Assembly (NCBI GenBank): GCA_951406725.2
Contig: OX597828.1
Location: 9,300,001 to 9,364,000, forward strand
DNA length: 64,000 nt
Source: Octopus vulgaris
Taxonomy: Eukaryota
Reading direction: 5' to 3'
Shown here: positions 26,800 to 42,028 of the stretch, in pieces
Position numbering within the stretch: the stretch's first letter is position 1
Layout of the letters: each line of letters begins with the position of its first letter
Notes under the pieces: model-generated
Told to the model about the DNA's origin: nothing
What the model saw: the letters and a program-made list of their open reading frames with translations, nothing else
Database searches by the model: none
Position numbers and translations under genes: made by a program

Positions 26800-27385
26800 T
26801 ATACGCTTATATACCGGGCAAGTGTCATCATCTTGTTGGCTGTAGTCATGGTGTTTATCCATTTAAGTGTAATAGTTAGAGTAAGACAAATCATGGTATG
26901 AGAACAAACCACAGATAGTGGCAGATTCGGAGACTAGCAAAGTCCTCTGGGATTTCCCAATCCAAACAGATCAGGTGCTAGGGCATAACAGACCGGACCC
27001 TGTGATGGTCGACATGATGTACCACTTATGCTATTTAGTTGATGTTGTATGGCCCTTTGACCCACGAATAGTCACGAAGGCGAAAAAATAGATAAATATA
27101 ACCTTCTTAAGTTCAAAATAGCCAGGTTATGGACAATGGATTTAGAGATAGTGCCAGTTATAGTTTGTGAAGGAGAAAATAGTGCCAACTATAGTATCAG
27201 AAGGCACCAGAAGGAATATTAAGGAAATTGGAATAGAGTGCTAAATAGAACTATTAGAAGAGGTTTGCCTCCTTGGCATGGCCAGAATAATCAGGAAATT
27301 ATTAGATAGTTGTAAAGTATGGGAAGCATGGCACAGTAGGTTGCTGGTAGCAATCCCGCTCAAAAAGAAAATTGCGATAAAGGGA
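26800..27385 (+). mobile_element. REL (Dong/R4-type) LINE 3' end relic followed by (TAA)n
   Basis: WYENKP..KVLWDFPIQTDQVLGHNRPD..YLVDVVWPFD..KIDKY..LKFKIARLW..IVPVIV..CLLGMARIIRKLLD. Confidence 0.88.
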
Positions 27386-27416
<31 letters not shown>

Positions 27417-27425
27417 TTAATAATC

Positions 27426-27501
<76 letters not shown>

Positions 27502-27559
27502 TAATAATAATAATGATAATAATAGTAATAATGATAATAATATAATAATGATGATGATG

Positions 27560-27633
<74 letters not shown>
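27386..27633. repeat. (AAT)n microsatellite
   Basis: Directly visible. Confidence 0.98.
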
Positions 27634-27637
<4 letters not shown>

Positions 27638-27897
27638 TTAAACCCCACAAACATGTAGACAGACATTACATGCTACGAATATATGAAGGAAGTTGACAGT
27701 CACATCTGTAAATTTCTATGAAGACAACAACCATCAGGTTAATGGGTTACCAAAAGAACACCTACAAGAGCTTAAGCTTTTCTGCTAACATGAAAGTTCA
27801 AAAACAATGTGCTCGATACTGGAAGAGGGTAAGGAAGTATGAACAGCAATTAAATATCAACTACACTAGTGCTGGGCAACTGGTATGAAACAGTACA

Positions 27898-28203
27898 AAG
27901 GCGGCGAGCTGGCAGAATCGTTACCACGCCGGTGAAATGCTTAGCAGTATTTCGTCTGCCGCTACGTTCTGAGTTCAAATTCGGCCGGGGTCGACTTTGC
28001 CTTCCATCCTTTCGGGGTCGATTAAATAAGTACCAGTTACGCACTGTGGTCGATATAATCGACTTAATCCATTTGTCTGTCCTTGTTTGTCCTCCCTCTG
28101 TTTAGCCGCTTGTGGGTATGCATGAACACCCTCCCTGTGCATAACTCCATGTCCCCCTACATGGCCTTGCTTTTGCTTTTTAAGCCAAAAATTAACTTAA
28201 CTT
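27898..28203 (+). mobile_element. SINE family A fused to an unrelated 3' tail ending in (AACTT)n, bounded by a 9-bp TSD
   Basis: SINE A at 27898-28118. TSD aacagtaca at 27889-27897 and 28204-28212. Confidence 0.85.
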
Positions 28204-29667
28204 AACAGTACACTGGTGTGTTACGAAATGATATTATGCGTGCTGCAGTGTAACCTGAATATATGTTCTTCCACTATACATTTAGTTCAGGTGTGCCGCC
28301 GATTTTGAAAAGAATATGCGTAACGCAAGTAAGAAAAGGTTGCGCAGCGATAAGCTAGACTCATGTGCAACTAGATGAAACAAGCTCCTCTTCTCAGATA
28401 TTTAGACATTATTTAGTATATTTATATCGATTACCTAGATCTTTCTTGTTGCTGCTATCGATAAAAGTTGAAAATCCCGAATGATTTGTCATCGAGATAA
28501 GTAAATATTGAAAACCTTTGGATGAGAATTTTATGATGAGAATAATACGCAAAGAAGAAGGGAGATATGTTAATAAGATGTGCCTTAAAACGCCTACGCC
28601 AGTAAATAATTGTATTAAGCTAAAAATCATTCTAGTGTAAATTGAAAACCATTTGTGCATTTTTGATCACTGTTTTAATTCGGAATTTCAAATATCATAT
28701 CTAAATTCATTGTTATTTTCAATAAATTACTAACTAATAAAGCTAAGATAGGATCCTCTAACTATCAATATAAAGTTGTTCTTGAAGTAAATGGGCCATT
28801 AAACTATTTATTTACCGAATTAGATATTCTTTTACTGTAGACGTTCTTAGGAATTTCAGAAACTTCATCGTAAATTTCAGTAAAATGTAAATTATTCGAT
28901 GAGTCACGTGAACATGTACCTACGTGTACAAGAATTTAGAATGAAAAACAGCTAAAACATAGACAACAGATAAAAATATAGAAATAAGAAAGTTCCAGAA
29001 ATGATGATATCATTTAACTGGCAAAGGTTGTTTTATATTTTTATTTTATTTTAATATTTATTTGTTCGTCTATCTATTTATTTATTACAGAAATTTACGA
29101 GCTGATATGATAGAAATATTTCTTAAAGTGAACAGATATCAGAGTATAGCATTAAATTGTGCTTGCTGCTTTTTAATTATTTTTTTCGCTCTTTGTGGTT
29201 TGTTTGTGGGTTAGAGGATTAGATAAAAATGTATCCTCAGATCATAAATATCAGATTTTATCGCTTAAATTGTCAAATTATTGTTGAGCTATTACAGTAT
29301 ACCATTTCTTCTGTTATTCTAATTTTTACATTTCATATTCATTTTCTTTGCAAAGAAATCTCGTTAAATTGATTTTTTTTTCTTTCTTAAAAGTTGAACA
29401 GTGCGAGTAAATATGTGACTCGCCCACCAAAAATAGGTCGGCATTTCATCTTCTGATAATCAAGGAACAAAATGTGCTCTTTAAAATCACGACACAATTA
29501 ATTCTAAACTATCTAGCTTCAATTCGTTCTGAGTTGATGAATACCAAGTTTGCTTGGACTGTTTTTCTGTGTGAGGCATGTCATATCCGAAAGAATGTTA
29601 TCTTATTCATTTAATAGTGTACAACAAAATCGGTATGATATGATGTGACATTTGTCAGGATTTATCG

Positions 29668-29711
<44 letters not shown>

Positions 29712-31974
29712 TTATATATTATGAATCACACTATATTTTACCTTCAGTATAAATCTTATGGTGTATTTAGAGATAGTTTATCAATATTTGAGAAAACGCA
29801 GCATATCATAATTCAAATTACGAAATTTTGATTCATTTCATATTTAATCCCGCTTTATATTTGAATAATATTCATCCTGCTCTTAATCAGTCCTTTTCAT
29901 TAAAAGAAAGTGGATTTATAACAAACCTAACTACGAATTTGCATGCAGCGTAGAACGACGTCATTCCGCTCAAAGGTCATAGCTACGCATTGGCATTTTT
30001 TCCACAGCGACGTTTCCTATTGAATCCATTCTCTTCCCTATAAATAGTCAACTTACGTTGACACAATCGAGAATTAGCAAAAGTAGCGACAGTATATATT
30101 TGATTATTTACTAAAAATGAACTAAAATGCTCTGATCGCTTTATTGGAGGAAGATATAAATGTATCCATATTGCGTTTCCCTTGATAGAATAAAGAAGAT
30201 AATGTAATGGACTTGTTTTATTGCAATCCAATGTAGTATGGGACTAATTTTATATATTACACACATTGGCGGAAATTAAATAGTTATCACACGAAGCCAG
30301 AACGTGTGCACGCAATCCAAACTAGGCTTAGATTCAGTTTATCAAGATTTTAACTCATGTTATTGACTTTTGTACATATATCGTGTTGGTAAATTCAGAG
30401 TCTGAATTGCTGTCTTAACGTCTCAATTAAATATATGAAAGCAATAATTCTGCATTTCTTCATTGCTGTAAAGCACAGTATTTATAACTAGATAAGAAAT
30501 CAACATATCATTGCTGAAATTTTCAAACTTCTCATATTAAATGCTAAAGAATCGATTACTTGGAGGTTATCTGCAACAAACCTGTGAACCTTACACGAAT
30601 GGAATGAAAGTCTTGATGTTCAATTGGCAACACTACATGGCAACAAATCAAATGCTCATAATATATTTATTTTATGCTTCTTATCTCATTTATGATTTTG
30701 CTTTTAATCTATGTATATTGTCAAATTTAGGTAGCTTTAAGAAGTAATCTAAGTTACCATAAAATAGAGAATCTCTCATGAACACATGCAGAAGATGACT
30801 ATATTTGCATATAGCGAAATGAAGCATAGATCAAATTTCCAAAAAGAAAATATTTTAGCATTTTTATAAACTTTTAGAAGTATCACCATTTGCTGGAACT
30901 ATAGTTTAGTATATTAGCATAATGAAAAGTGAAAAGAAAAACTGCTTAATCATCAAAAGTTTCAAGTATCTTTTTCCATTCTTATGCATCTTTTGAAGGC
31001 AATATATCAGTTAATTTCCTTTTATGTTTAGTTCTAAAATCAGTAGGCATTTCCTTTAACAACTATATTTTCAAAGTGTGAGGGAGTTATAAGATCATGC
31101 TTTGTTATACTATTGTACATTTAGCAATTAACTATTGTGTAATGCGTTATGTATCTATCTCCTCATTGTTGCATTCACAGTGTAATGTATTATAGATTGG
31201 TTCATCCTATGATTGTATATATACTTGTCCGAACAATTTTTTTACATAGTTTGATCTCACCAACTGACCATATACAAAAGTACAATTTCTGTAATAATGT
31301 TGTTTCGTCTTTCTTGTTCATCTCTGATAGCACAGTTATCCGAGCTGCTAAGTTCAACTCAAAATTAATTAGGAAGTGTTTGAAATTTAGAGAACCATAT
31401 GACACGACACTTTATGCAATAGAAAAGTTGAAGACCATAATAAACGTTCTGTTAAGCAGTGATTAATTGCATATTTAGTCTTTCAATCTGTGCCTTTCGA
31501 ATTCTCTTTGTACTCAAGTATATTTCTCTGTCTGACAGCCAAGGTAGCGACGGTCCTAACGAAGCGGAAACTGCCCATCTACTCATCTGTTCTTAATATA
31601 TGTTGCGTTCGTGTAACAATGCCACCATTTACACGTCTGACACCCTCTGTCATATTATCGAAGGAAATGTCAGAATGAGCCGTTAGTAATTTGATGGCAT
31701 CGTCATAGAGCCAGAGCAGAATGGATAATAGAAACAAGTCGGGTAATGTACACATCCTGGTCTTACATATCCTCAGGTTGTGATAATCTCTATCCAAGCT
31801 TATTTGTCTCTTCCTCTCTCTCCCACGCAGTTATTTTCAGTGGACACACTATATAACATTGAATCACACTCCTATCGTAAAACCTATAAACGAAATTCAG
31901 GCTACTCAGTCTGTCATATTTTAGTAAACTTTATCAGTTTGATTTTGATATGTTGTACATTTGTTAGTCTATCA

Positions 31975-32196
31975 ACGAGGGGATGCTGAAAAGTTCCTAG
32001 ATTTGAGTAATAGAAAATACAAGAGGAGCAATCAAATATGATTTTATTCAACATAGTCCCCTCTCAGATTCGTACATTTATTGCAGAGGTCCTTCAGTTT
32101 TCTAAGTCCTGTAAAGCAACCCGGAATGTTGGGCCTCCAGCCAGGTCTTTCGCGATAGCCTTAAAGCCAGAAACTTTCAACACAACACCACCTCGG
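31975..32196 (-). mobile_element. Mariner-derived MITE, copy 2
   Basis: TIRs acgaggggatgctgaaaagttcctag / aaagccagaaactttcaac..cctcg, with internal ttattcaacatagtcccctctcag. Confidence 0.8.
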
Positions 32197-32547
32197 ACGA
32201 GACCTTATGTTCCGTAAAATATTAATCTGCGCATTTGCAAATATTATAGTCATAAGTCAACCATCAATACAAATATTTATCTTCTTACATGGCAGCAAGT
32301 AGCGATAATCGTGTTTACATAGGTGAAGTTTGTCCAACAGTTAAATTTGTTAGAATTTATAGAAATGTGAAATGAAATGTTGTTAAATTCTGCCATTTCA
32401 CAATTTACGAGAAACAGCTCCAACAATAATTAAAAGCAAGTAATTGCTTTAACTTTACTATTCTGTATGTTACTTGCATTATCAGAGACATCCAATAATG
32501 AAGTTAGTATAAATTAATGAAGAGTTATATATAACAGTGTAAGTGAT

Positions 32548-32890
32548 GAATGCACATGCCATATGGGTTAGAGTCTCAAGCCTGCAATCATGAGATAGTG
32601 AGTTCGATTCCAGGACAGGGCTGTGTGTTGTGTTCTTGAGCAATGCACTTTATTTCATGTTGCTCTAGTTCACTCAACCGTAAACATGAGTGGCGACGTC
32701 TTTGGTGCCCAGCTGTATCGGCCTTTCCCTTTCGCTTGTATAACATCGCTGGCGTGGGAAGAGGATGCCGGAATGCTGCTGATGGATCCTGGTTTTCTAT
32801 TAACAACCTTATCCGGACTCCTGCTTCGGAAGGTAAACATTGAGGTGCCATCACACGGCTATTCATGACCGAATGGGCTCTTTATAACCT
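32548..32890 (+). mobile_element. SINE family C (head Y + tail T4)
   Basis: B-box gagttcgattcc, then gtgttcttgagcaatgcactttatttcatgttgctctagttcactca. The tail differs from the other copies. Confidence 0.75.
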
Positions 32891-33373
32891 TGTAGGTATT
32901 TACAATTAGCTCCAATAGTTTCTGCTATGCTTGTGTTGTACATCTTCGCCTAAAATATATTTAGCCACTTATAGAGCATTCTTGCATTGTAGAATTAATA
33001 CTTCTCCAGGATTCAGTTCCACGAAAATTGGAGGTTTTAACAAAGTTTACACTTTTGCAGCCATTCGGAGCAGCTTGCTTAATCTAGAACCTGTCACCAG
33101 CTCCTTTTCCTCGTCATCCCTGAATCAGAAGTATTAAACAACATCCCGAGTGTTTCGTTTTTACCTATGACGAAGTTATGGAGAAAAAATGTCTCGTGTG
33201 TTTCACTCATTAAAAATGATCATTTAGATAGTCTCACGCCATATATCGCATTGAAATAAAAAAAATCGAATGACTGTCTTTTAGCAAATTTATTTCAGGC
33301 CCCTAGTAAAAATTTTCTTGATTTTAGCTCCCATACTATTTCGCGTGCCAGCACACACACACACACACACACG

Positions 33374-33439
<66 letters not shown>

Positions 33440-33462
33440 CACAAACAAACAAATATAATACA

Positions 33463-34528
33463 TAAGGTTAGCCAAAAATGTTCGTTCGGTTTCATCGATA
33501 CTAAATTTCAAGAATTCTAGCAAGTATCTGACTTCAGTATGTCCGACCATTATGTGCAATCGTTAGATACTTGACACACCAGCTTGCTATGAAGCGCATT
33601 GTATATTGTGTGCTAGAGATCACCCAGAAAATAGAGAATCTAAACATCATTACAATTCCTCAAATTTTGTTAATTTTAAAAAAAGCACGAAAGCGGCGGT
33701 GGTGTGCAGAAAATATGTGCTGTATACAGAGATGATACTCATATGGGACATGTGTACCAGAGATGGTTTGAAGATTGCGATCGGGAATTTTATTGATTCA
33801 GTTTGCACATTTCTTAGGCCAGCTAACTGGGTATAACAGAGACAAAATGAAGTAGGTAGTTAGTCGACACCGAAGCCTGTTATTTGACCGTTCTGATCTC
33901 AGATGTTCCCAAAATCGAGTGTCGAAAACAATCTGCACCAAATTGGTTATGTCAGCGTGCGCGAGGTTAAAGTCCTACATCAGTTGAATGAGGCAAACTT
34001 CGACCAAAAGATTTTCCTATGCGATTTAAAATAGAATGTTGACAGATGGCCAAAATGGGGCCATCTATAAAAATGTAAATTGCAAGTGTTAATGGCGGAA
34101 TCGCGGCGTCATCACCACTAACAACCACTGATGCTCGAATTCACACAAAGAAGGTTATGCTCAGAATTTGACGTGAGAGAAAAGGTGTATCTTTTACAAC
34201 ATTGTTCCCCGGACAGGACAATCAATTATCATGTGTTTTGTAAGGAGCTTGACAAATTAGACACAACCATCCACCATGACATAGCCACTTCTTTGCAGTT
34301 GTTGCTTGTGCCTAACTGGTAAGATTCGCCGCATCCTCCGCGTCCACCCAGTCTTGCACCTCCAGATTTCAACCTGGATCAGTCAGTTAAAAATTCATTA
34401 AATATCGAGACCTTCAATTCTGAAGAGGTTAAAAAAATTCACTTGGAAGAGATAATTAGCAGTAAAGACGGGAAATGCTTTGAGCAGAAAATAATGGATC
34501 TGCCAATAAGCCAGAATATACTGGAACA
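33463..34528 (+). mobile_element. Degenerate mariner transposon
   Basis: TIR-like taaggttagccaaaaatgttcgttcggtt, a VLHQL motif (WVPHxL-like) near 33972, and HPPRPPSLAPPDF (HPPYSPDLAPxD-like) at 34332-34370. Confidence 0.75.
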
Positions 34529-37211
34529 TGTATGCATGTATGTGTGTATGTATGTATGTATGTATGTATGTATGTATGTATGTATGTATGCATGTATGTA
34601 TGTATGTATGTATGTATGTATGCATGCATGTATAACTATGTGTGTGTAGGTGTGTGTGTATTTATGTATGTATACTGGTTTACGTATACATACGGAGAGA
34701 AACAGTGAGGGGATTCAGGGGCAGATAATTGTCAGATTAACGTTATAGATGTAAAAATAAGTGATTGATTCTTTTTACAGAGATGTTAGGATGCAAGTAC
34801 ATCCTTCTGTTTCCGTTCTGAACTGAAATTTTGTCAGTTGTAGATTTATTACTTCTCCTACTTGACAATATATAACACACGATTATACCGTATGGTGCCT
34901 CATGCAATCTTAGTTTCTCTCAAATTAACATACAAACGAATATCTTGAGTGTATGCTGGTATGGAACACGTGTAAATGTCGTTCTAGAGGACCGAATTTG
35001 ATTATCATTGAAGAAATAACATTTTAAATCCAGCATTCTCGGACTGTTACATTTGTGAGAACATTGCGATCCCAGCTGTGCTGCCTCCATTTTGTGTTTT
35101 CTTCCTGCAAGCCAATGATTTCACGTGAGAATAAAACGGAATGAAAATCCCAGTCATAGATTTCACAGTATGTAATAAAAAAAATGAAATAAAATCAATT
35201 TAGCTTTATAGGACTGAATCTTATTTATTGAAATCCGTGTATCATATTTATGTTAATAATTGGATTTCATTGGGACATAAATATGGTTTTAGATTTTGAA
35301 TATCATTACTATGCATTTTTAGGATGTAATTGTATTCGTCGCTGATGTGGAAACGAATGTAAATGCTCAAAAGTGGTTAGAATAGCTTCGTGAAAAGCAG
35401 AACAAATTATTGTCTGCTATATTCAAGGCATGACAACATATGCATACCAAGTGCTTCCCATGGAATTCAAAAGAATAGGAAAAAAGTACAGAATAGAAGA
35501 AATACAAAAGAAAATGATTGAGGTGGTAAAGAATGCTAAAGTAAAACAAAAACTAGAATAAAATAAAAATAAAAACGAATAATAAATCTGGGAGAAAAAA
35601 TGAACAGAAGCGCTCGTTTCTGCTCAATTTAAAGAGCTAAGAGAGCGGTCAGATGGAAAGACAAACCCTGCGGACATTATTCAACGTACAAATCGCAATG
35701 AAATGGAGTGGAATAATGGTACAAAACGACTAAAGAAGGAAACATCATTAAGATGCTATAACAGGCGTGAGTGAAAATTGCAAAGTGAATTCAGGGTGAA
35801 AAAGTAAGTTCTAGGCCGTGTCTTAGGGATAAAGAAAATTAAATAAAAAGAAATGTGTGAAAAATAAAAAAAATGAAAGCAAATCAAGACTATAACAAAT
35901 ATGTGAAAAAGCAAGTATGAAGACAATAGAAAATATTTGATTTATAAAGAATTACAATAGCAGACTCTTCCCGAGCTCTGTGACAGATTTTTTTTCTATC
36001 AGTGAACGTGAATCTCTAATAAGAGAAAATAAAATAATCTCAAAAGAGAAAGAAAAATCAATGAAAATGATAAAATAAAGCTAAAAGTAAATGAATAAAC
36101 TAAATGCTGTATGAATGAGATGGGTGGGAGAAAGAGTCGTAGAGCAGATAGCACTGATTGCAGACCACCAAGTTACTTCCATTGATGAAATCATATCAAC
36201 AGAGCGCGTGTGTCAGAACCTTCCAATAATAGAAAGTCGCAAGGATTAATTCGGCGGAAAAATATGTTCTTGTCGCATAATAATAATCGGAATAATTTGC
36301 ATTTACAAATAGCTTTTTTTTTCATCTTGTAGTATGATACACCACGGACAGTGTTAACAACGATAAAGAAACTATGAATACCCAATCGGGTGTCTTGATC
36401 AACAGCATCCTGCAGATATTTTTGAATATATTTTGTTGCTAATTTACACACATACACACACATATATTTTTAGTTTATATTTTTAAATATGTTCACAAAC
36501 ATGGTAGAGAGAGCCCATGAATGTAACAAATTCGATTAAATGGGGAAGAAATTGCAAATTAAATGCAATAAAGAATTTGCAGCAGTAATTTCTGGTTATA
36601 TCACTGAGTTAAGTAATCGAATATTCTCTTCAATTAATGTGCGTGAAAATATCTATGAATAATGGATAATAATAGCCTTAATATATATTTGTTAATACAG
36701 AATCAGCGATAAAATGTTTAATTATCTAACGGATATTTTTTGTAGGTTCCTTCTACATGTAATACAAAAAATTGTCTTACATCTATCTATACAAGCTTCT
36801 TATAAATTTCCAATATTTAGTTGAGAAGGATACGGCTATAATGGATTATAGACACCCATTCATTTCATACCTCTCAGTCTACAGGTACCGATATTGGATT
36901 AAACATAACCAAACCTCCTCGCATTACTAAGGAATTACAGTGATGGAATTTAGTATTTTGGAGGCATGTAGGTTGCTAGTTTTAACCAGCATACTAAATA
37001 ACGCTCACAGAATCAACTGACAGGAGAGCCTAATGCCATCAATTAGCCTGCTAAAAATATGAGAAACGCCATTTTATGTATAAGTTATATTAGATTTTAG
37101 ATAAGGACAATTCATATATGAACAAAGAAGGGGTATTTACCATCTAGACGTTTGTTGTGATAGATTTGCTCTGCCAGATATGTCCACTAGGCTCTAAACA
37201 AAACACTGATT

Positions 37212-37520
<309 letters not shown>

Positions 37521-37816
37521 GCAGAAAGACGAGGTAGTTTCACGTCCAGCCAGACAGTAATAAACCAGAAATCGTGATTACTGATGATTTCTTATCTGTT
37601 ATGACTTCTTCGCTTGGGAGATATGAGAGTATCACGAACATATGTACTGAAATAAATAATGATGTATTCTATTACAAGTTACAGGGAAGAGAGTGAGTGA
37701 AGTGAGCAGTATAACATCTTTTGATTTACGTTCAGAACTGTCAATATTATAGAGTAAAACAGTAGATCCAAGGATAAAAATTATATCCTTGTTGGCAAAA
37801 ACTAATACAAATACTA

Positions 37817-37970
37817 CAAATTCCGCCGAGGTCGACTTTGCCTTTCATCATTTCGGGGTTAATAAATTAAGTACCAGTTACGCAATGGAGTCGATGTAAT
37901 CGACTTAATCCCTTTGTCTGTCCTTGTTTGTTCCCTCTATGTTTAGCCCCTTGTGGTCAATAAAAACTTT
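37817..37970 (+). mobile_element. 5'-truncated SINE family A with 14-bp TSD
   Basis: Starts inside the B-box (caaattccgccgaggtcgac). TSD taatacaaatacta at 37803-37816 and 37971-37984. Confidence 0.9.
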
Positions 37971-39839
37971 TAATACAAATACTATAAATGCTAGAATAAA
38001 TTTTCGGCTAGGACTGTTCTTCGGGGAGAGAAGAACCGTTAGCCGTTAGTAGTTGTTGAAGAAGAAATAAAGAGGTTAGGTAAGAAAGAGAAATTCAGTG
38101 AGAAAAAGTGTGATGGAGAAGGGTGAGAAAAAATATTAAAGAAGAAAGGATGAGCGAATAACGCGCCATTATAGGACGAGAAGAAAGTCAAATGAATCCC
38201 ATGTAGGTTTGAAGAACGCGAAAGGTAGAAGTTACCTTTCTCCAACACCTTGTTCTTTCTTCTTCCCTATTTTTGGTTTCTACCCTAATTACGTCCTATT
38301 ATCTTAAGAAAGAACGAACCGATTATATATAACATTGTCACAACGCAGTATAAATAAATTGAAGAGCAGTCGCAATTGAAAAGATTTCCCATCTAGCGTA
38401 AGTTCGATCGATTTGCAGTAAAATGCGCTTAATTCGTTGGGTTAATTTTCGCTCGAAATAGAACATAAAAGCTAATATCTTACTAGCCATTAAGTGATAT
38501 TTTATTGGCTATTAAATTCATTACTTGAAAAAGAGTTTAATAGAAGTGGCAAAATATAAAAATATGTCTGAGGGACAGGCTACATCATTATATTGATTCG
38601 TTACTATTGTGTTTAAAAATTATTTCGTTGACCCAAAGTGCTAAGTCCAAATGCTTTCAGAAGATTTGAAACTGTGAACATACTTAAAAAGAAACAAAAG
38701 CAAATACAGCGGGATATGATGCTAATGTTCTTCATTCTACCGAGTTGGAGAGTCTTTATTCAGACATTAAAAAAAGGAAAATGTTCTAACATGGCGTCTC
38801 TCGAACTTAATAAATATATACATAAATAAATAAATACTAAAATTAGCTGTATGTACTCGAACTCATAACACAAAGTAACTTCACTAAATAGCGTTAATCA
38901 CTCTTTAAAAAGGCTCCAAATTTTTAAGGAGCACTACAGCTGATGTGCTGCAAAAAATAGAATGCTTGATCAATATTGTATTTCCTTCCCATTAAATATT
39001 ACGGCAGTTTTATAGTTTTACATATTTGTACACTTCGTTTTTATTACGCTCGTACAAAATAATTCTGGTACGAATCACTTAATTTTTGTAATTAAGTTGA
39101 CCATGTTAAATAAATCAATTATTAACACCGCTTCAATATATATATTATATCAAGAAAATATGGATTACTAAGAAAAATAATGAGATAGAATGTAAAGTAA
39201 TATGTAAATTATATAAAAAATGGTGAATCCATATTCTCGTAATGAATTTTATGTGAACACGTTTTGTAAAGATTTTAATCTTCATGAATGGTTTACAGTA
39301 TTACATTAATCCTAATTGATTTTAAAAATAATTATAAGGGCTTATTTAAGACAAATTTATAAATGGGTGCTTGCTTGTGCTTGTATGTATGTGTGAGTTT
39401 GTTCACGTTGGGTGTGTATGTTGTATGTGACATCTCTTTGTGTGTGTAATATGTTACACTTACTAAGCTGACAATGTATCTAAGAAACATAGACAAGTGT
39501 ATGTGTATACAGACACACACACACACACACACACAAACATACATATATATATATACATGCAGACATATATAGATGTATATGCATGGTAAGAATGGTTAAA
39601 TGAAACGCCGCCAGAAGAGCTATGACGAATTTTTAATGGGTATATTGTTTTAAATTTAGTAATAGAAATCTTAAATCTTATGGAAGAAATGAGGCAATTC
39701 CCTTGCAAAAAGGGTAATGATATATTTTGTGCTATCGTTAAATATGCACTCACCAAAACTGAAAACAGAATAATTGAAAATAATGAAAATTTCCGTATTA
39801 GAGTTTCAACGTACGTCATTTATACTTACATATAAAGAG

Positions 39840-39900
39840 GCAACGAAGATCGGAGCTGAGAGTAAAGGATACAATTTTATACTCAGCTTCAGTCTTTTGC
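39840..39900 (+). other. 61-nt imperfect hairpin of pre-miRNA size
   Basis: aagatcggagctgagagtaaag pairs with ttttatactcagcttcagtctt (G-U pairs, two mismatches), closed by gcaa/ttgc. Confidence 0.4.
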
Positions 39901-41789
39901 TACAAATAATTAACGCCGATAATATCGTTTATTAATGAATGAATAAATATATGTAGATGAGGGTATAGGATGCCCTCATATACTTTTGTAAATATTTATA
40001 TTTTTCTTCCAGTCTAATGGTAAGAGCGTTAAATTATATTAGCCATGTTTGTATATTCTGATTCAATTGTGTATTCAAGATTTTTATTAAGCACGGTGGC
40101 TATTTTCAATATCAGTGAATATATAATTGCGCTTCTCCTATGTATGAAAGGCAACACATTTTTTCTACGCATGCAGCAATAAAACCTCTTTCTATACTAT
40201 GCCTAAAAAGGCCGAAATGCATCTGATGATCTGTATATCCGCTACTTAGAATATTACTCGTCTCCCTCTCATATATTTTGATTTTAACACCGCAAGTTTA
40301 TAAGGGATTTTAACTTGGATGAATACCACAGCGTTCTGCTTAACAATAGTGTATATACACTCAGTATGAAGCATACATATATGTATATATATATATATAT
40401 ATTATTTAAAGATGCTTCATTTCCGTGTACTGGGCATGGAATATGTTTCAATTTTCTACCTTTTATTGTGGATATAAGGATCTATGATGTTTCACTGAAC
40501 TGATTCTACATTCTAGTTTTCACTTTTTGTTCAGTATTTTCTCCCTTAGTTTGTATTGGTGTTTATGGCTTTATGATTTTGTAGCTTTCACAACTATCAT
40601 GAACACACACTTTTGATCTCGTGACTTCATGGCGGACTCTCGACAAATCAGTATTTTAAGGATTATTGTAGTACATATCAATATGGGTTCGTGTCAACGT
40701 TTTTGTTTATTATGAACCTGCGAATGAGCAGAGGTAGCTAGGTTGATCATGTACTTACAAGCAGGCTTAAAATTTTGACGTAAATATCAACAGAATTGCG
40801 TTAGGTTTGGAGGCGAAAACGAAGGTGAAGTATTGAGATTTCTCTAATTACAATTCGTTTTCTCAGTACGATTACACTATATTCGAGAGTCTCGCAGCCA
40901 GTCGTCATGGCATTCTGTTTTCTCATTCTAGTGACTCAATTTTTCTCACTCTTTTAAATCTCTCCGTTATTTAACTTTAAGTTCTCTCTGTACAATATAT
41001 TTTAAGAATCAGTTTGCTATTTAACGATCAACTAATGTAGATTGAAAATAATTCTATAATGAATCACATTAAGTAATAGATGGGTCACTTACATATATAT
41101 CAAGTTATAAAAAAAAACAACTTTAGATTACTGATTATGTAGTAATATATAAATGTATATTACTATTTATTTAGTATTGCTAGACATTCTGGATGAGACT
41201 ACATTACAGCAATCAAGCCTTGATAAAGACCGCAAAGGCTGACTTCCCAGCTGATATCTACATCAATTTAAAACACAGTAATATATATCCAACTTACTGA
41301 GCTACAAAACAGTATACATACTGTAAATACATGTATATATAGAATAATTGCATCAAGCACCAAATATATAATAATAGGAATGCGAAACATTTAGTAGTGT
41401 ATAAACAAACGAATAAATTCCAAGTTGTAATTTAAGTTAACAAATGAGAGTCCTACACATCGAAACAAGAGAAATGTTGCAACAAAAACAGAAATTATGA
41501 ATATTCCAGACACGATTATCGATAGTCACATCACCGTAACAATCTCACTTGAATGAAAATTATTGCTAAATTACAAACATAAACGCTGAATTGTGTTGAT
41601 AAAAAATGTATTAATATAATATAATCATATTATATCGCTTGCATGTATTGCATTAATATTATTAGTTCTTATTAGTTTACATATAATTTTCCTTTAAAAT
41701 AATAGTTCCACATACTATACTTTCGCTTTTCATTACTTATCTACTTTATGTACGTATCAATATATCAAACTAGCTAATTATATGTTTAA

Positions 41790-41803
41790 TATCTATATAT
41801 TTC

Positions 41804-41895
<92 letters not shown>

Positions 41896-41900
41896 GTTAG

Positions 41901-41950
<50 letters not shown>

Positions 41951-41987
41951 CTCTTTATATATATATATGTCTCTTTCTCTCTCTCTC

Positions 41988-42028
<41 letters not shown>

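Noticed and set aside
40198-40230. GCC-taaaaa-GGCC-GAAA-TGCA-TC followed by CTGATGA
   Set aside because: Core elements cannot be arranged in a valid hammerhead topology because there is no stem I.
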